42,418 nucleotides of DNA, taken from positions 1-42,418 of IMG/VR virus record IMGVR_UViG_3300045988_136292. The stretch is one strand, 5' to 3'. A model generated the notes under the pieces. It saw only the letters and a program-made list of their open reading frames with translations. It was not told where the DNA came from and made no database searches. Source of the DNA: a virus. Below, one piece after another: positions 27,713 through 35,494 of the stretch (position 1 is the first letter of the stretch; the number at the start of each line of letters is the position of its first letter). The translations under genes and the position numbers were made by a program.

Positions 27713-27848
27713 TCAGTTCCTCCACGCATCGCATTATCATACCTCTAACTATCACAGAAGTATTCGTCCCTGTAATATCAGATAATTCACTTAATAGCAT
27801 AGATGTTCGGTCATCCACCCTAATTACTAATCTTCTATTTTTACCCAT
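27654..27848 (-). CDS. Ribbon-helix-helix (CopG-like) protein
   Basis: RRLVIRVDDRTSMLLSELSDITGTNTSVIVRGMI fits a beta-alpha-alpha RHH pattern. Confidence 0.5.
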   Translation of the reverse strand: MGKNRRLVIRVDDRTSMLLSELSDITGTNTSVIVRGMIMRCVEELIDKSGNWRINNEKNKDRKD

Positions 27849-27901
27849 ATTCTATACTATTTGAATTAAATAATTGCACCATCACATGTTTCAATCTAGA
27901 C

Positions 27902-28213
27902 TTATCCCTCATGATTCACCTCCTTTAATCTTTTAATTAGTGCATCAGCGCAATTAACCGCATATTTAGCGATTGCATCAGAATTACCCCCACAGTCATC
28001 TGCTACAACAGCCTTAATAATATCTTTCGCTAATTCGTACCTACGTTGTTCCCAATCAATTACTAAATTCCCAACATTCAAAAAATCAAGTTCGCATTCT
28101 CTGAAAACCATATTATCGCACACATATAGGTTATCTCCGCTATGTTGCGCGTTGATATTTACTTTGGGAATTACATCTACCAAAACTCCTGTTGATTTTA
28201 TTCTTGCTTTCAT
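27902..28213 (-). CDS. Hypothetical protein (103 aa)
   Basis: Clean ORF with a 1-nt overlap to the upstream ORF. Confidence 0.55.
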   Translation of the reverse strand: MKARIKSTGVLVDVIPKVNINAQHSGDNLYVCDNMVFRECELDFLNVGNLVIDWEQRRYELAKDIIKAVVADDCGGNSDAIAKYAVNCADALIKRLKEVNHEG

Positions 28214-28503
28214 TATTCCTCCTTAATTATTCGCTCATTTATAATAAACTCTCCATGAATATCAATGGGAAGCATATTGGAAACACTCGCATGATAAGTC
28301 TTACCGTCCATTGCCTTACATAGTGGATGTATTTCATTAGGCATAGGGGCAGCACATTTTTTACAATGTCTTATCATTTCAAAATGTCTGTTTTCCTTAT
28401 TGCCACAACATTCACAATGAATTGGATAGTAAAAATAAGTACGTTCCAACTGGGTTTCTTTTCCACATATTTCGCATCTGCCCCATTCTATTGAATTACA
28501 CAT
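28213..28503 (-). CDS. Zinc-ribbon-type Cys-rich protein (96 aa)
   Basis: Contains the CxxC pairs CEIC, CECC and CKKC. Confidence 0.55.
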   Translation of the reverse strand: MCNSIEWGRCEICGKETQLERTYFYYPIHCECCGNKENRHFEMIRHCKKCAAPMPNEIHPLCKAMDGKTYHASVSNMLPIDIHGEFIINERIIKEE

Positions 28504-28718
28504 GATTGTTCCTCCTTCTCTGTTTTAATATCTGTTACTTTACCACGACTGACAAAACAGAAACAACCCATCACATTGCATAGATATGTTTCATGCCTCA
28601 TCTCACACTCATCGCATTCCTTACGCAATGAACATTTACTGCAACCAAAATTTATAGTGAACGCATCAATCATTTCATGCAGCACTCCATCAATTATTAT
28701 TCCGTTTTTTACTTCCAT
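28488..28718 (-). CDS. Cys-rich hypothetical protein
   Basis: Start chosen at the ATG at 28718 (MEVKNGIII), directly after the upstream stop. Contains CSKC..C..C motifs. Confidence 0.5.
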   Translation of the reverse strand: MEVKNGIIIDGVLHEMIDAFTINFGCSKCSLRKECDECEMRHETYLCNVMGCFCFVSRGKVTDIKTEKEEQSCVIQ

Positions 28719-28719
28719 A

Positions 28720-29103
28720 TTAATCTCCTTTCTCTTTAATCCGTTCCAGTACATCCTTGTTGGCTTCTAGTATATCATCAAAAGAAGGGATAGGCATCCA
28801 CATGTCACACTCGTAGTCGTTCCAATCCTCAAATTCAAATCCTCCGTCTGTCGCAACGTATGGCGATCTCCCAGGTGAAACAACGATATAGCCACTAACA
28901 ATCGCTCCATTTGATACCATTCTGCAAAGGACAAGCTTATTTGGCTCAGGCAACCGTTCCTTAACACTTATCCAAGGAGATTGCTTCGACTGCCATTCGG
29001 CACCAGAAATAAAGTCAACAATGCAGTATGGTTCACAATGAAGCTGCCTGTTTCTGCAATCATTGGAATATTTTTTTGCTGCTTCTTCTACTGTCTGTTT
29101 CAT
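28720..29103 (-). CDS. DUF551-like protein
   Basis: WISVKERLPEPNKLVLC is typical of DUF551. Confidence 0.6.
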   Translation of the reverse strand: MKQTVEEAAKKYSNDCRNRQLHCEPYCIVDFISGAEWQSKQSPWISVKERLPEPNKLVLCRMVSNGAIVSGYIVVSPGRSPYVATDGGFEFEDWNDYECDMWMPIPSFDDILEANKDVLERIKEKGD

Positions 29104-29119
29104 TTCTGTTCCGTTACAA

Positions 29120-29409
29120 TCAGACTTGTACGGCTGGTTTGCTCTGCTCGCAAAGTGCTACCCGACTGCCGAAACGTATCAGTTTGGGCAAGTGGGTGTC
29201 AAGCTCATGACAGGGGAAACGTACTGTCCATATTTTTTACCCTGCCCGCAGACCTGTTCGCTGACGGGAATGTTCAAAACTCTGGATGCGACAGTGGCAT
29301 CATTCGCATACAGTTCCCAAAAGTCTTCGTTTCGAAAAATTAACAGGTAGTCCGGATGCTTCCCTTTTATATTGTGGTATTGATGTTCCATTACATTTGA
29401 TTGCTCCAT
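29120..29409 (-). pseudogene. Stand-alone MutS domain I (mismatch-binding domain) homologue, interrupted by a -1 frameshift at an A6 run
   Basis: Frame 0 (29179-29409) reads MEHQYHNIKGKHPDYLLIFRNEDFWELYANDATVASRVLNIPVSEQVCGQGKK. The -1 frame continues IWTVRFPCHELDTHLPKLIRFGSRVALCEQSKPAVQV to a stop at 29120. The joined product aligns without gaps to MutS residues about 10-95, including the Phe-x-Glu motif (FWE). Confidence 0.6.
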
Positions 29410-29449
29410 TATTGTCAAATTTAATCCTCTGTTCTGTAGTATAATAACA

Positions 29450-30103
29450 TTAATGATAGATACCATACTTTCCCCATCCCTCTTGTTGGCAGTTTATTGG
29501 TAGGTAGAGCCCTGTATAAACAAGATAACGATAGAACGTCCCCTTTGATACTTTCAATCTTTTGGCTATAATGGTTTTTTCAGATCCTTTAGCCAGTTCT
29601 TTTACAATATAATCGTGCTTGTTGGCACATTTGGGATTAAGTCTACAACGAAAGCCACGACAATGTCCGAGCATTGCCCCTTCTGCTTTTTTTCTCGCTA
29701 ACGCCTCTTTTGTACGTTGACTGATAAGATTGCGTTCAATCTCAGCTGACAATCCGAAAGCAAAGGCAAGGACTTTACTTTGTATATCTTCCCCAAGTCT
29801 ATAGTTATCTTTAATTGTCCATACCTTACATTCTTTTGTCATACAGATATTCAAGATTTCCATAATCATAAAAAGATTACGTCCAAGACGTGAAAGTTCA
29901 CTACAGATGATAATATCATCTTTGCATACTTTACGTAGTAAACGTCCAAGCTGTCGTTTTGTGTAATTTTTCGTTCCACTGATAGTTTCTTCTATCCAAT
30001 CGTCAATCACCAACTTATTACGTTCACAGAAATTGTTTATCTCAAAACGCTGGTTCTCTACAGTCTGTTTGTCACTGCTTACTCTAATATATCCGTAAAT
30101 CAT
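29450..30103 (-). CDS. Serine recombinase of the resolvase/invertase type, Mpi-family-like
   Basis: MIYGYIRVSSDKQTVENQRFEI contains the catalytic Ser motif. Also has SELSRLGRN, LSAEIERNLISQRTKEAL and a C-terminal HTH (IIAKRLKVSKGTFYRYL). The ORF frame extends to 30187, and 30103 was chosen as the start. Confidence 0.8.
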   Translation of the reverse strand: MIYGYIRVSSDKQTVENQRFEINNFCERNKLVIDDWIEETISGTKNYTKRQLGRLLRKVCKDDIIICSELSRLGRNLFMIMEILNICMTKECKVWTIKDNYRLGEDIQSKVLAFAFGLSAEIERNLISQRTKEALARKKAEGAMLGHCRGFRCRLNPKCANKHDYIVKELAKGSEKTIIAKRLKVSKGTFYRYLVYTGLYLPINCQQEGWGKYGIYH

Positions 30104-30179
30104 ACTTCTCCAAATTTGTTCATTATTGTTCGCGTTTTGAGCCATACGGCAGACATTCAACCGCCGTATGACAATGTGC

Positions 30180-30632
30180 TTATTCAACTATCATCCAATC
30201 GTTAGCAAGCATATCCGTCTGTGATGCAAGCCAACCATTTACAACGGCGCCATCGGCAGCTTTCATACATAAGTATGCAGTAAACTTGATTCTATCAGTT
30301 TCCGAATCTCCATGATTGTTGGCAACCCATCTTTTGAATGATTCGGGAAGTGATTTAACCTGATTCACAATCATGTTAGTCGGCAGACTATCTTCAGGTC
30401 GCATAAATATAAACATTCCCTTACCATTCCATCCTTTACGAGCAACAAGATGTCCCCGTTTAAGTGATTCCAGTGCCTGCCCAAATGTTCCTGTTTCTTC
30501 TCCCAATAATTCACCTTTCATTGCTCCAAGAACATAAGCTGTTTGAATAAGCCCTTCACACTCTTTTGCTTCTTTGTTACGCGATACTACACTTGCTGCA
30601 TATTCGGCAGCCTTTTCATCTAATGTTTTCAT
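30180..30632 (-). CDS. DUF2829-domain protein (Tad2-like candidate anti-Thoeris sponge)
   Basis: Contains FGQALESLKRGHLVARKGWNGKGMFIFM and NGWLASQTDMLANDWMIVE, hallmark DUF2829 motifs. Has an N-terminal extension of about 45 aa. Confidence 0.6.
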   Translation of the reverse strand: MKTLDEKAAEYAASVVSRNKEAKECEGLIQTAYVLGAMKGELLGEETGTFGQALESLKRGHLVARKGWNGKGMFIFMRPEDSLPTNMIVNQVKSLPESFKRWVANNHGDSETDRIKFTAYLCMKAADGAVVNGWLASQTDMLANDWMIVE

Positions 30633-30823
30633 TTTAATAAATATTTTTGATTAAACATTGAATCCGCTTGTTGAAACTGTTTCGTAAAGCGGTTTTCTTT
30701 ATTATCTGGCAGTGCATCCGGTTGAGGTGAATTCTTTGCCGGATGATTCTCAACTGAATTTCTTGGTGATGCGCATCCCGCTATCAGAGCGAAAAGTACG
30801 CAGATTATTAGTATCTTCTTCAT
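30629..30823 (-). CDS. Small lipoprotein (64 aa)
   Basis: MKKILIICVLFALIAGC is a signal peptide plus lipobox. Confidence 0.6.
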   Translation of the reverse strand: MKKILIICVLFALIAGCASPRNSVENHPAKNSPQPDALPDNKENRFTKQFQQADSMFNQKYLLK

Positions 30824-30840
30824 TTCTCTATTGTTTTGAG

Positions 30841-31770
30841 TTATTTGAATAAGTTTTTCATGGACTTGTTTATCGCATCCAGTTTATCATCCATTGATGG
30901 ATGAACATATAGATTCATAGTCGTAGATACATCTGAATGTCCTAAGATACGACTCGTTGTCTTCATGTCGGCTTTAGACGCAATCATGCGTGTGGCGAAT
31001 GAATGCCTTAGACCGTGGAACTTAATACACCTGTCCAATCCAACTTCATTCAAAACGAGATGCCTGTAATAGTTTCGGTAAACCCTTGGCTCACAAAACT
31101 TCTCATCTCCAGTAGTGACATAAAAACTATCATTATAGCAAGCCTTGAATTTTTTCAAGATACCGAGTAAATCACGGCCTATCGGAATATCACGGCGACT
31201 TTCTATAGTCTTGGGAGTAGATTCTATAACCTTGGTTTTTCGGGTGTCAATATCCATAATTCGTTCAATAGTATGAGTTACATGGATACATTTGTTATCA
31301 ACATCTATATTCTCCCACCTCAGTCCGCAAATTTCACCAATTCTCATACCTGTACACAAGCCTATTAGAATGCCCAAGCGCTTAGGTTTCGGATAATCCA
31401 CTATGTACGAGATTATTTTTTTTTGTTCAAATTCTGTATATACTTCAAGATCTTTAGTTGCTTCCATATTGGCAGTAGGAAACTGAACACGATATTTAAT
31501 ATATCTTACACCAAATCGCTCCATTGCATAATACAATAGCATCTTAAAAGAGATGAATATGTCTTTAGCTGTTTTCACAGATAACCCTTCTTCAATCAAA
31601 GACAGCATAAATCTCTGCATTTCGTCATTAGTAACATATTCCGGGTCTTTATCTCCATATATCGGAAGTATTTTTTGTGTGAACTGATAGACATAAGTGG
31701 AGCATGTACTTTCCTTTACTAACTTGCGCTTAACAGGAAGCCATTTATTGTATATCTCTTGAATCGTCAT
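30841..31770 (-). CDS. Tyrosine recombinase (second, intact; Xer/phage-integrase family)
   Basis: Has the catalytic Arg in TGMRIGEICGLRW, the HxxR motif in HGLRHSFAT and the H..Y motif in LGHSDVSTTMNLYVH. The N-terminus is a SAM-like domain. Confidence 0.85.
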   Translation of the reverse strand: MTIQEIYNKWLPVKRKLVKESTCSTYVYQFTQKILPIYGDKDPEYVTNDEMQRFMLSLIEEGLSVKTAKDIFISFKMLLYYAMERFGVRYIKYRVQFPTANMEATKDLEVYTEFEQKKIISYIVDYPKPKRLGILIGLCTGMRIGEICGLRWENIDVDNKCIHVTHTIERIMDIDTRKTKVIESTPKTIESRRDIPIGRDLLGILKKFKACYNDSFYVTTGDEKFCEPRVYRNYYRHLVLNEVGLDRCIKFHGLRHSFATRMIASKADMKTTSRILGHSDVSTTMNLYVHPSMDDKLDAINKSMKNLFK

Positions 31771-32363
31771 TGTATATTGCTTTTTATGATAAGTTTATGT
31801 TCAGGATCCTTAATAATGTCACTAAACCCTAAAGTATCATCTTTACGGTTTAAAAGAATATACTTCATTTTTATGGATTTTTCCAAAACGTCACCATGAT
31901 AAACGTACCCCATAATCCCGCGAATTGATAAATTAAGGAGCAAAATAGGTATTGATCGTGCAGACAACTCCCAACATATCACCATATTCTGCGATGGAAA
32001 GTGCTCCCAAGGAATCTTGTTGTGGCACCGCTGCCACCAATCAGCGATTATCATAGAACCATTTCCGGCTGTAGGCTCATGTATCGAACCAGCCTGGCTG
32101 GTTAATTTAGAACAAAGGATTCCAAGGGAGTTTGGTGTGAAATCCTGTTTCTTCTGCTTCCGCTCTGACAATTCATTCTCATACAAAGCCTGAAACCAAT
32201 CATAAGACATATCGTAATCATTCATACGGATCAATTCGTTATAGATTTTATTGCGTAATTCTACAGAACCGTCAAGAATACGCATTACTGCATCAGGAAG
32301 ATCTCTTAAATCTTCTATATGAAATATTTTAAATGCTTCTTCTTTCGTCATATTAATAATCAA
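31767..32363 (-). CDS. N6-adenine DNA methyltransferase N-terminal fragment-like protein (motifs X and I present, no NPPF/Y motif)
   Basis: Contains QDFTPNSL, IHEPTAGNGSM and YHGDVLE. The ORF ends about 40 aa later without motif IV. ATGA overlap with the recombinase gene. Confidence 0.45.
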   Translation of the reverse strand: MIINMTKEEAFKIFHIEDLRDLPDAVMRILDGSVELRNKIYNELIRMNDYDMSYDWFQALYENELSERKQKKQDFTPNSLGILCSKLTSQAGSIHEPTAGNGSMIIADWWQRCHNKIPWEHFPSQNMVICWELSARSIPILLLNLSIRGIMGYVYHGDVLEKSIKMKYILLNRKDDTLGFSDIIKDPEHKLIIKSNIQ

Positions 32364-32739
32364 TTTCTGTTAACCATGCATTATCGTTCTCAAAATACAC
32401 TCTATAGCCTCTCACCGTTTTATGACCTTTCTTTTTTAAACAAACATCACTTATGTGAGATGGAGTAATACATAATTTTGCACCAGCCTCATTGACAGAA
32501 GCATATACACCTATCAACTTCCTGTCTTTAATAACGACAACAGACTTCTTATTCATACCTGCACCAGTTTTATGATGCGCTCCACGACCTTTTACCAAAC
32601 CTTGTAAACTTCTACGCTTCGTCCACTTTGAGTGATAGGTCATTCTCTTCCCTTTATTATGTGGAGTACAACCTTTTAAAAATCGTCCGGTAATAAAGTC
32701 TCTCTCAAATCGCTCAGGCGGTATATATAATTCACTCAT
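32353..32739 (-). CDS. Homing-endonuclease-type DNA-binding modules (NUMOD3/NUMOD1-like) without a nuclease domain
   Basis: CTPHNKGKRMTYHSKWTKRR is NUMOD3-like. VYASVNEAGAKLCITPSHISDVCLKK...VRGYRVYFEND is NUMOD1-like. Confidence 0.4.
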   Translation of the reverse strand: MSELYIPPERFERDFITGRFLKGCTPHNKGKRMTYHSKWTKRRSLQGLVKGRGAHHKTGAGMNKKSVVVIKDRKLIGVYASVNEAGAKLCITPSHISDVCLKKKGHKTVRGYRVYFENDNAWLTEIDY

Positions 32740-32825
32740 ATCTGTTCCTGTTTTGAGCCATTTTCCTGATGTCAGGTAATGGTAATTATTATCAATTAAA
32801 TTCTTATTGTAATATCAGCAAGCTA

Positions 32826-33443
32826 TTAATCAACCTCTATAATCTGATATCTCCCTTTTTGGATGTAAATCTTATGGTTGTAATAATCCTTGATTACTGC
32901 ATATCCAGACTGGGGCCTAATATTACCTGTTAAATCTTCAACATAAGAATTGTCGTAGGCCTTCACTGTTGCGCTGTCGCAGGCCTCCACTGTTGCGCTG
33001 TCGTAGGCCTCCACTGTTGCGCTGCCGTAGGCCTTCACTGTTGCGCTGCCGTAGGCCTTCACTGTTGCGCTGCCGTAGGCCTTCACTGTTGCGCTGCCGT
33101 AGGCCTTCACTGTTGCGCTGCCGTAGGCCTTCACTGTTGCGCTGCCGTAGGCCTTCACTGTTGCGCTGTCGCAGGCAAAAGATGTCGTTGTTACCTCATG
33201 GTATTTTTGTGTATAGATACCAGCTTCCGCAAGATCTTCTTCAGCAAAATTGTCTTCTAAATATTCTGCATCTACTATTCTTGCTGTTCGTGACACCCAA
33301 GACCAGTTATCAGTAATAGCCTTAAGTATATCAGCTTTGCTTTGACTCCTTAATCCCATCGCATAACCTATTTGACAAGCTCCTGCTTTCTTGGCGCGCA
33401 GTAATAGTTCTTCCTTTATTTCTTCAAATGTTTTCTGTTTCAT
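32826..33443 (-). CDS. Repeat protein with about 10 tandem 8-residue units (SATVKAYG)
   Basis: 205 aa. The N-terminal domain reads KEELLLRAKKAGACQIGY..ITDNWSWV. The rest is 8-aa beta-strand-like repeats encoded by the 24-bp array. Confidence 0.7.
   Translation of the reverse strand: MKQKTFEEIKEELLLRAKKAGACQIGYAMGLRSQSKADILKAITDNWSWVSRTARIVDAEYLEDNFAEEDLAEAGIYTQKYHEVTTTSFACDSATVKAYGSATVKAYGSATVKAYGSATVKAYGSATVKAYGSATVKAYGSATVEAYDSATVEACDSATVKAYDNSYVEDLTGNIRPQSGYAVIKDYYNHKIYIQKGRYQIIEVD
32955..33176. repeat. Tandem 24-bp repeat, 9 full units plus a partial one (unit GTAGGCCTTCACTGTTGCGCTGCC)
   Basis: Counted directly. Five central units (33027-33146) are identical, while the outer units carry 1-3 substitutions. 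The array is in frame within CDS 32826-33443. Confidence 0.95.
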
Positions 33444-33461
33444 GATATTGTTTATTTTTCG

Positions 33462-33656
33462 TTATTTTGATATTTCGATAATTCCACGCCTCGCGCATTC
33501 CTCGAGTAAATCCATATCCTCCTTTTTTATCAGAGCGCCTGTCTTACGATTCACGCTCACATAAGGCTCAAACCCAAATCTCTTAGCCATCTTCTCTATC
33601 GTGGTACGACTCCATGTTTTCCATCTGATCACCACGGCTACTTTTGGACCTTCCAT
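33462..33656 (-). CDS. Hypothetical protein (64 aa)
   Basis: Clean ORF. Confidence 0.45.
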   Translation of the reverse strand: MEGPKVAVVIRWKTWSRTTIEKMAKRFGFEPYVSVNRKTGALIKKEDMDLLEECARRGIIEISK

Positions 33657-33925
33657 GCCTGTACACTGTTAAACCATTTTTTCTTTCCATCCTTATCTGT
33701 GTATTCCTTGGCGGAAACATTGAAGTATACTGTAACATCATCGCCAACACGAAGCGGTTCTTTTATCGGACCATCATTGCTAAACATGGTAAATGCCATT
33801 GATTTTCCAAATTGCGTCTGTTCGGTTATAAGATATTCCCTTATCTCGTAATCCGTTCCCTGACGGGTGGTTCCCGTTTTCACACCCAAATCCGCAGTGA
33901 TTCTTCCTTTGATTTCGCACATCAT
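33638..33925 (-). CDS. DUF3127-like (OB-fold-like) protein
   Basis: The pattern EIKGRI..QEF.. and GDDVTVYFNVSAKEY....WFNSVQAWKV matches DUF3127. Confidence 0.6.
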   Translation of the reverse strand: MMCEIKGRITADLGVKTGTTRQGTDYEIREYLITEQTQFGKSMAFTMFSNDGPIKEPLRVGDDVTVYFNVSAKEYTDKDGKKKWFNSVQAWKVQK

Positions 33926-34109
33926 AATATTTTCTCCTTTTTCTTTACTGCTTTCTTTAAGTCGTCCCGACTACCCTTCGGGCAGTATAAGACAAGTTGC
34001 CGAAAACTGTTAATTTTTGAATCTTTTTATTATTAACCTGTTGATTTTCAGTTATTTAATAACGCCCCATAAGGTGCTTTTTCTTTTACTGTAATTAATT
34101 GACAATCAA

Positions 34110-35054
34110 TTAGTTATATTTTTTAATAATTGGCGTAATTGAGGATGCTTGAAAACAGTTTAGTAATTTTTCCTTAAACTCCTGTTCCAACTCACCCGTT
34201 ATTTCCGTGTATTTTTTCCGCTCCTCATTCCATGAGTTGGCGAACATCCGGATAGTCTCCCACTGTTTTTTCGTGAGCTTACCCTCCATATACATGGCTC
34301 TGTACCGTTCCTTGTATCTCGTGACACCAATCCTTTGAATCTCGCGGGCTTTCTCCAATTGGGATAGCTTGACACCTTTAGCAGGTATAATCTCCCGTTC
34401 AAACCGTATCTCTGACCAGTCCTTGTAAAAGATCCTAGCCATCTTGTTTAACGACACATTATCTATCAATTGAGGTAGCGGTACCGACTGATGCTTGTAC
34501 ACCGTCTCAATGCGAAGGATATTGCTGCCTACCGTCCTTTTCTTCTCCTTTGCCTCGTAAGTCTTATCATAGATCTTCAATATCTTGCGGTAATACTTAC
34601 TCTTCTCGGTCGTCTTCTGGCGATACTCCTGATAGTTGGCATCATTCCACAAGGTACGTTCCGCTATGCTGTCCACAAGTCTTATATACTCATCTGCCGG
34701 ACGGATCATCTTCATTGTAACCCCTATCTCATAATAGGTCACTACTGCATTCTCCGCTTTTACGCACAACCTGAGCAACAGTTCTTCTATTGTCCTTACT
34801 GCCATTCGGAAGGTCATCGGGCGGCTGTTGTCCAGTTTGCCCGATTTCCCCTTATGGTATAGCTTGCAGACCGAGCAACTGCACTTCAAGGTGTCACCCC
34901 TTATTTCGATGGTACATCCGTCAAAGTTGGAGTATGCAGACGACTTGTAGTAGATCTCATCATCCTCCGAACATTCCTTAAGGTAGTTCTTCAGGACTAT
35001 AGTCTCTATGTCGTTCACATCTATCCTTGCCTTTATTGTTATTCGGTCAAACAT
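34110..35054 (-). CDS. Putative replication initiation protein (Rep_trans / gene II-X-like)
   Basis: 314 aa. Has a KIYDK motif (LKIYDKTYEAKEK) and an RIETVYK motif, and lies in the early region. Confidence 0.45.
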   Translation of the reverse strand: MFDRITIKARIDVNDIETIVLKNYLKECSEDDEIYYKSSAYSNFDGCTIEIRGDTLKCSCSVCKLYHKGKSGKLDNSRPMTFRMAVRTIEELLLRLCVKAENAVVTYYEIGVTMKMIRPADEYIRLVDSIAERTLWNDANYQEYRQKTTEKSKYYRKILKIYDKTYEAKEKKRTVGSNILRIETVYKHQSVPLPQLIDNVSLNKMARIFYKDWSEIRFEREIIPAKGVKLSQLEKAREIQRIGVTRYKERYRAMYMEGKLTKKQWETIRMFANSWNEERKKYTEITGELEQEFKEKLLNCFQASSITPIIKKYN

Positions 35055-35494
35055 TTTATCGTCAAATTTCGTTCTTTCAAAATCCGGTTCACTTCTCTCT
35101 TGTAATGGGCAATCAATGCCTCATACTCAAATGCGGTGTACTTCCTTGTTTCGTATTTCATGGCCTCCAGAATCAATATCTGTTTTTCGCCATACTTTCT
35201 CACAAGTCCTCTCCTATAGCCCTGTATGTTGCCTTCATCGAATCGGTTACAGCTACGGCATTGAGCGTTGCAATTTATTTCACTGTAACGGGTTGCCATA
35301 TGTTGGCGGTTAACGTAATGACCACAATCTGCCTGTGTGATAGGTTTTATTAAACCGCACGAGATACAGCGGAACACCGTAGTATTAGGTATCATATCCC
35401 TTAATCTGATATATTGAGAGAACACAGCATCCAGCTTCTTTTTCAAGTTCGCCGTGCTGCTAGTTTTTGCCGGTTTCTTCTTTCTGGATAACAT
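35039..35494 (-). CDS. ninG: NinG/Rap-family recombination protein
   Basis: Contains LDAVFSQYIRLRD..CISCG..CGHYVNRQHMATRYSEINCNAQCRSCNRFDEGNIQGY. Confidence 0.8.
   Translation of the reverse strand: MLSRKKKPAKTSSTANLKKKLDAVFSQYIRLRDMIPNTTVFRCISCGLIKPITQADCGHYVNRQHMATRYSEINCNAQCRSCNRFDEGNIQGYRRGLVRKYGEKQILILEAMKYETRKYTAFEYEALIAHYKREVNRILKERNLTIKCLTE

Noticed and set aside
32955-33176. Possible CRISPR array
   Set aside because: The units are directly adjacent with no spacers. The period is 24 bp, in frame within a CDS, and there are no cas genes.
32969-33316. 115-aa + strand ORF with a striking CRRPSLLR repeat
   Set aside because: It is the antisense reading of the 24-bp tandem array inside the well-supported - strand CDS 32826-33443. 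It is a shadow ORF created by the repeat.
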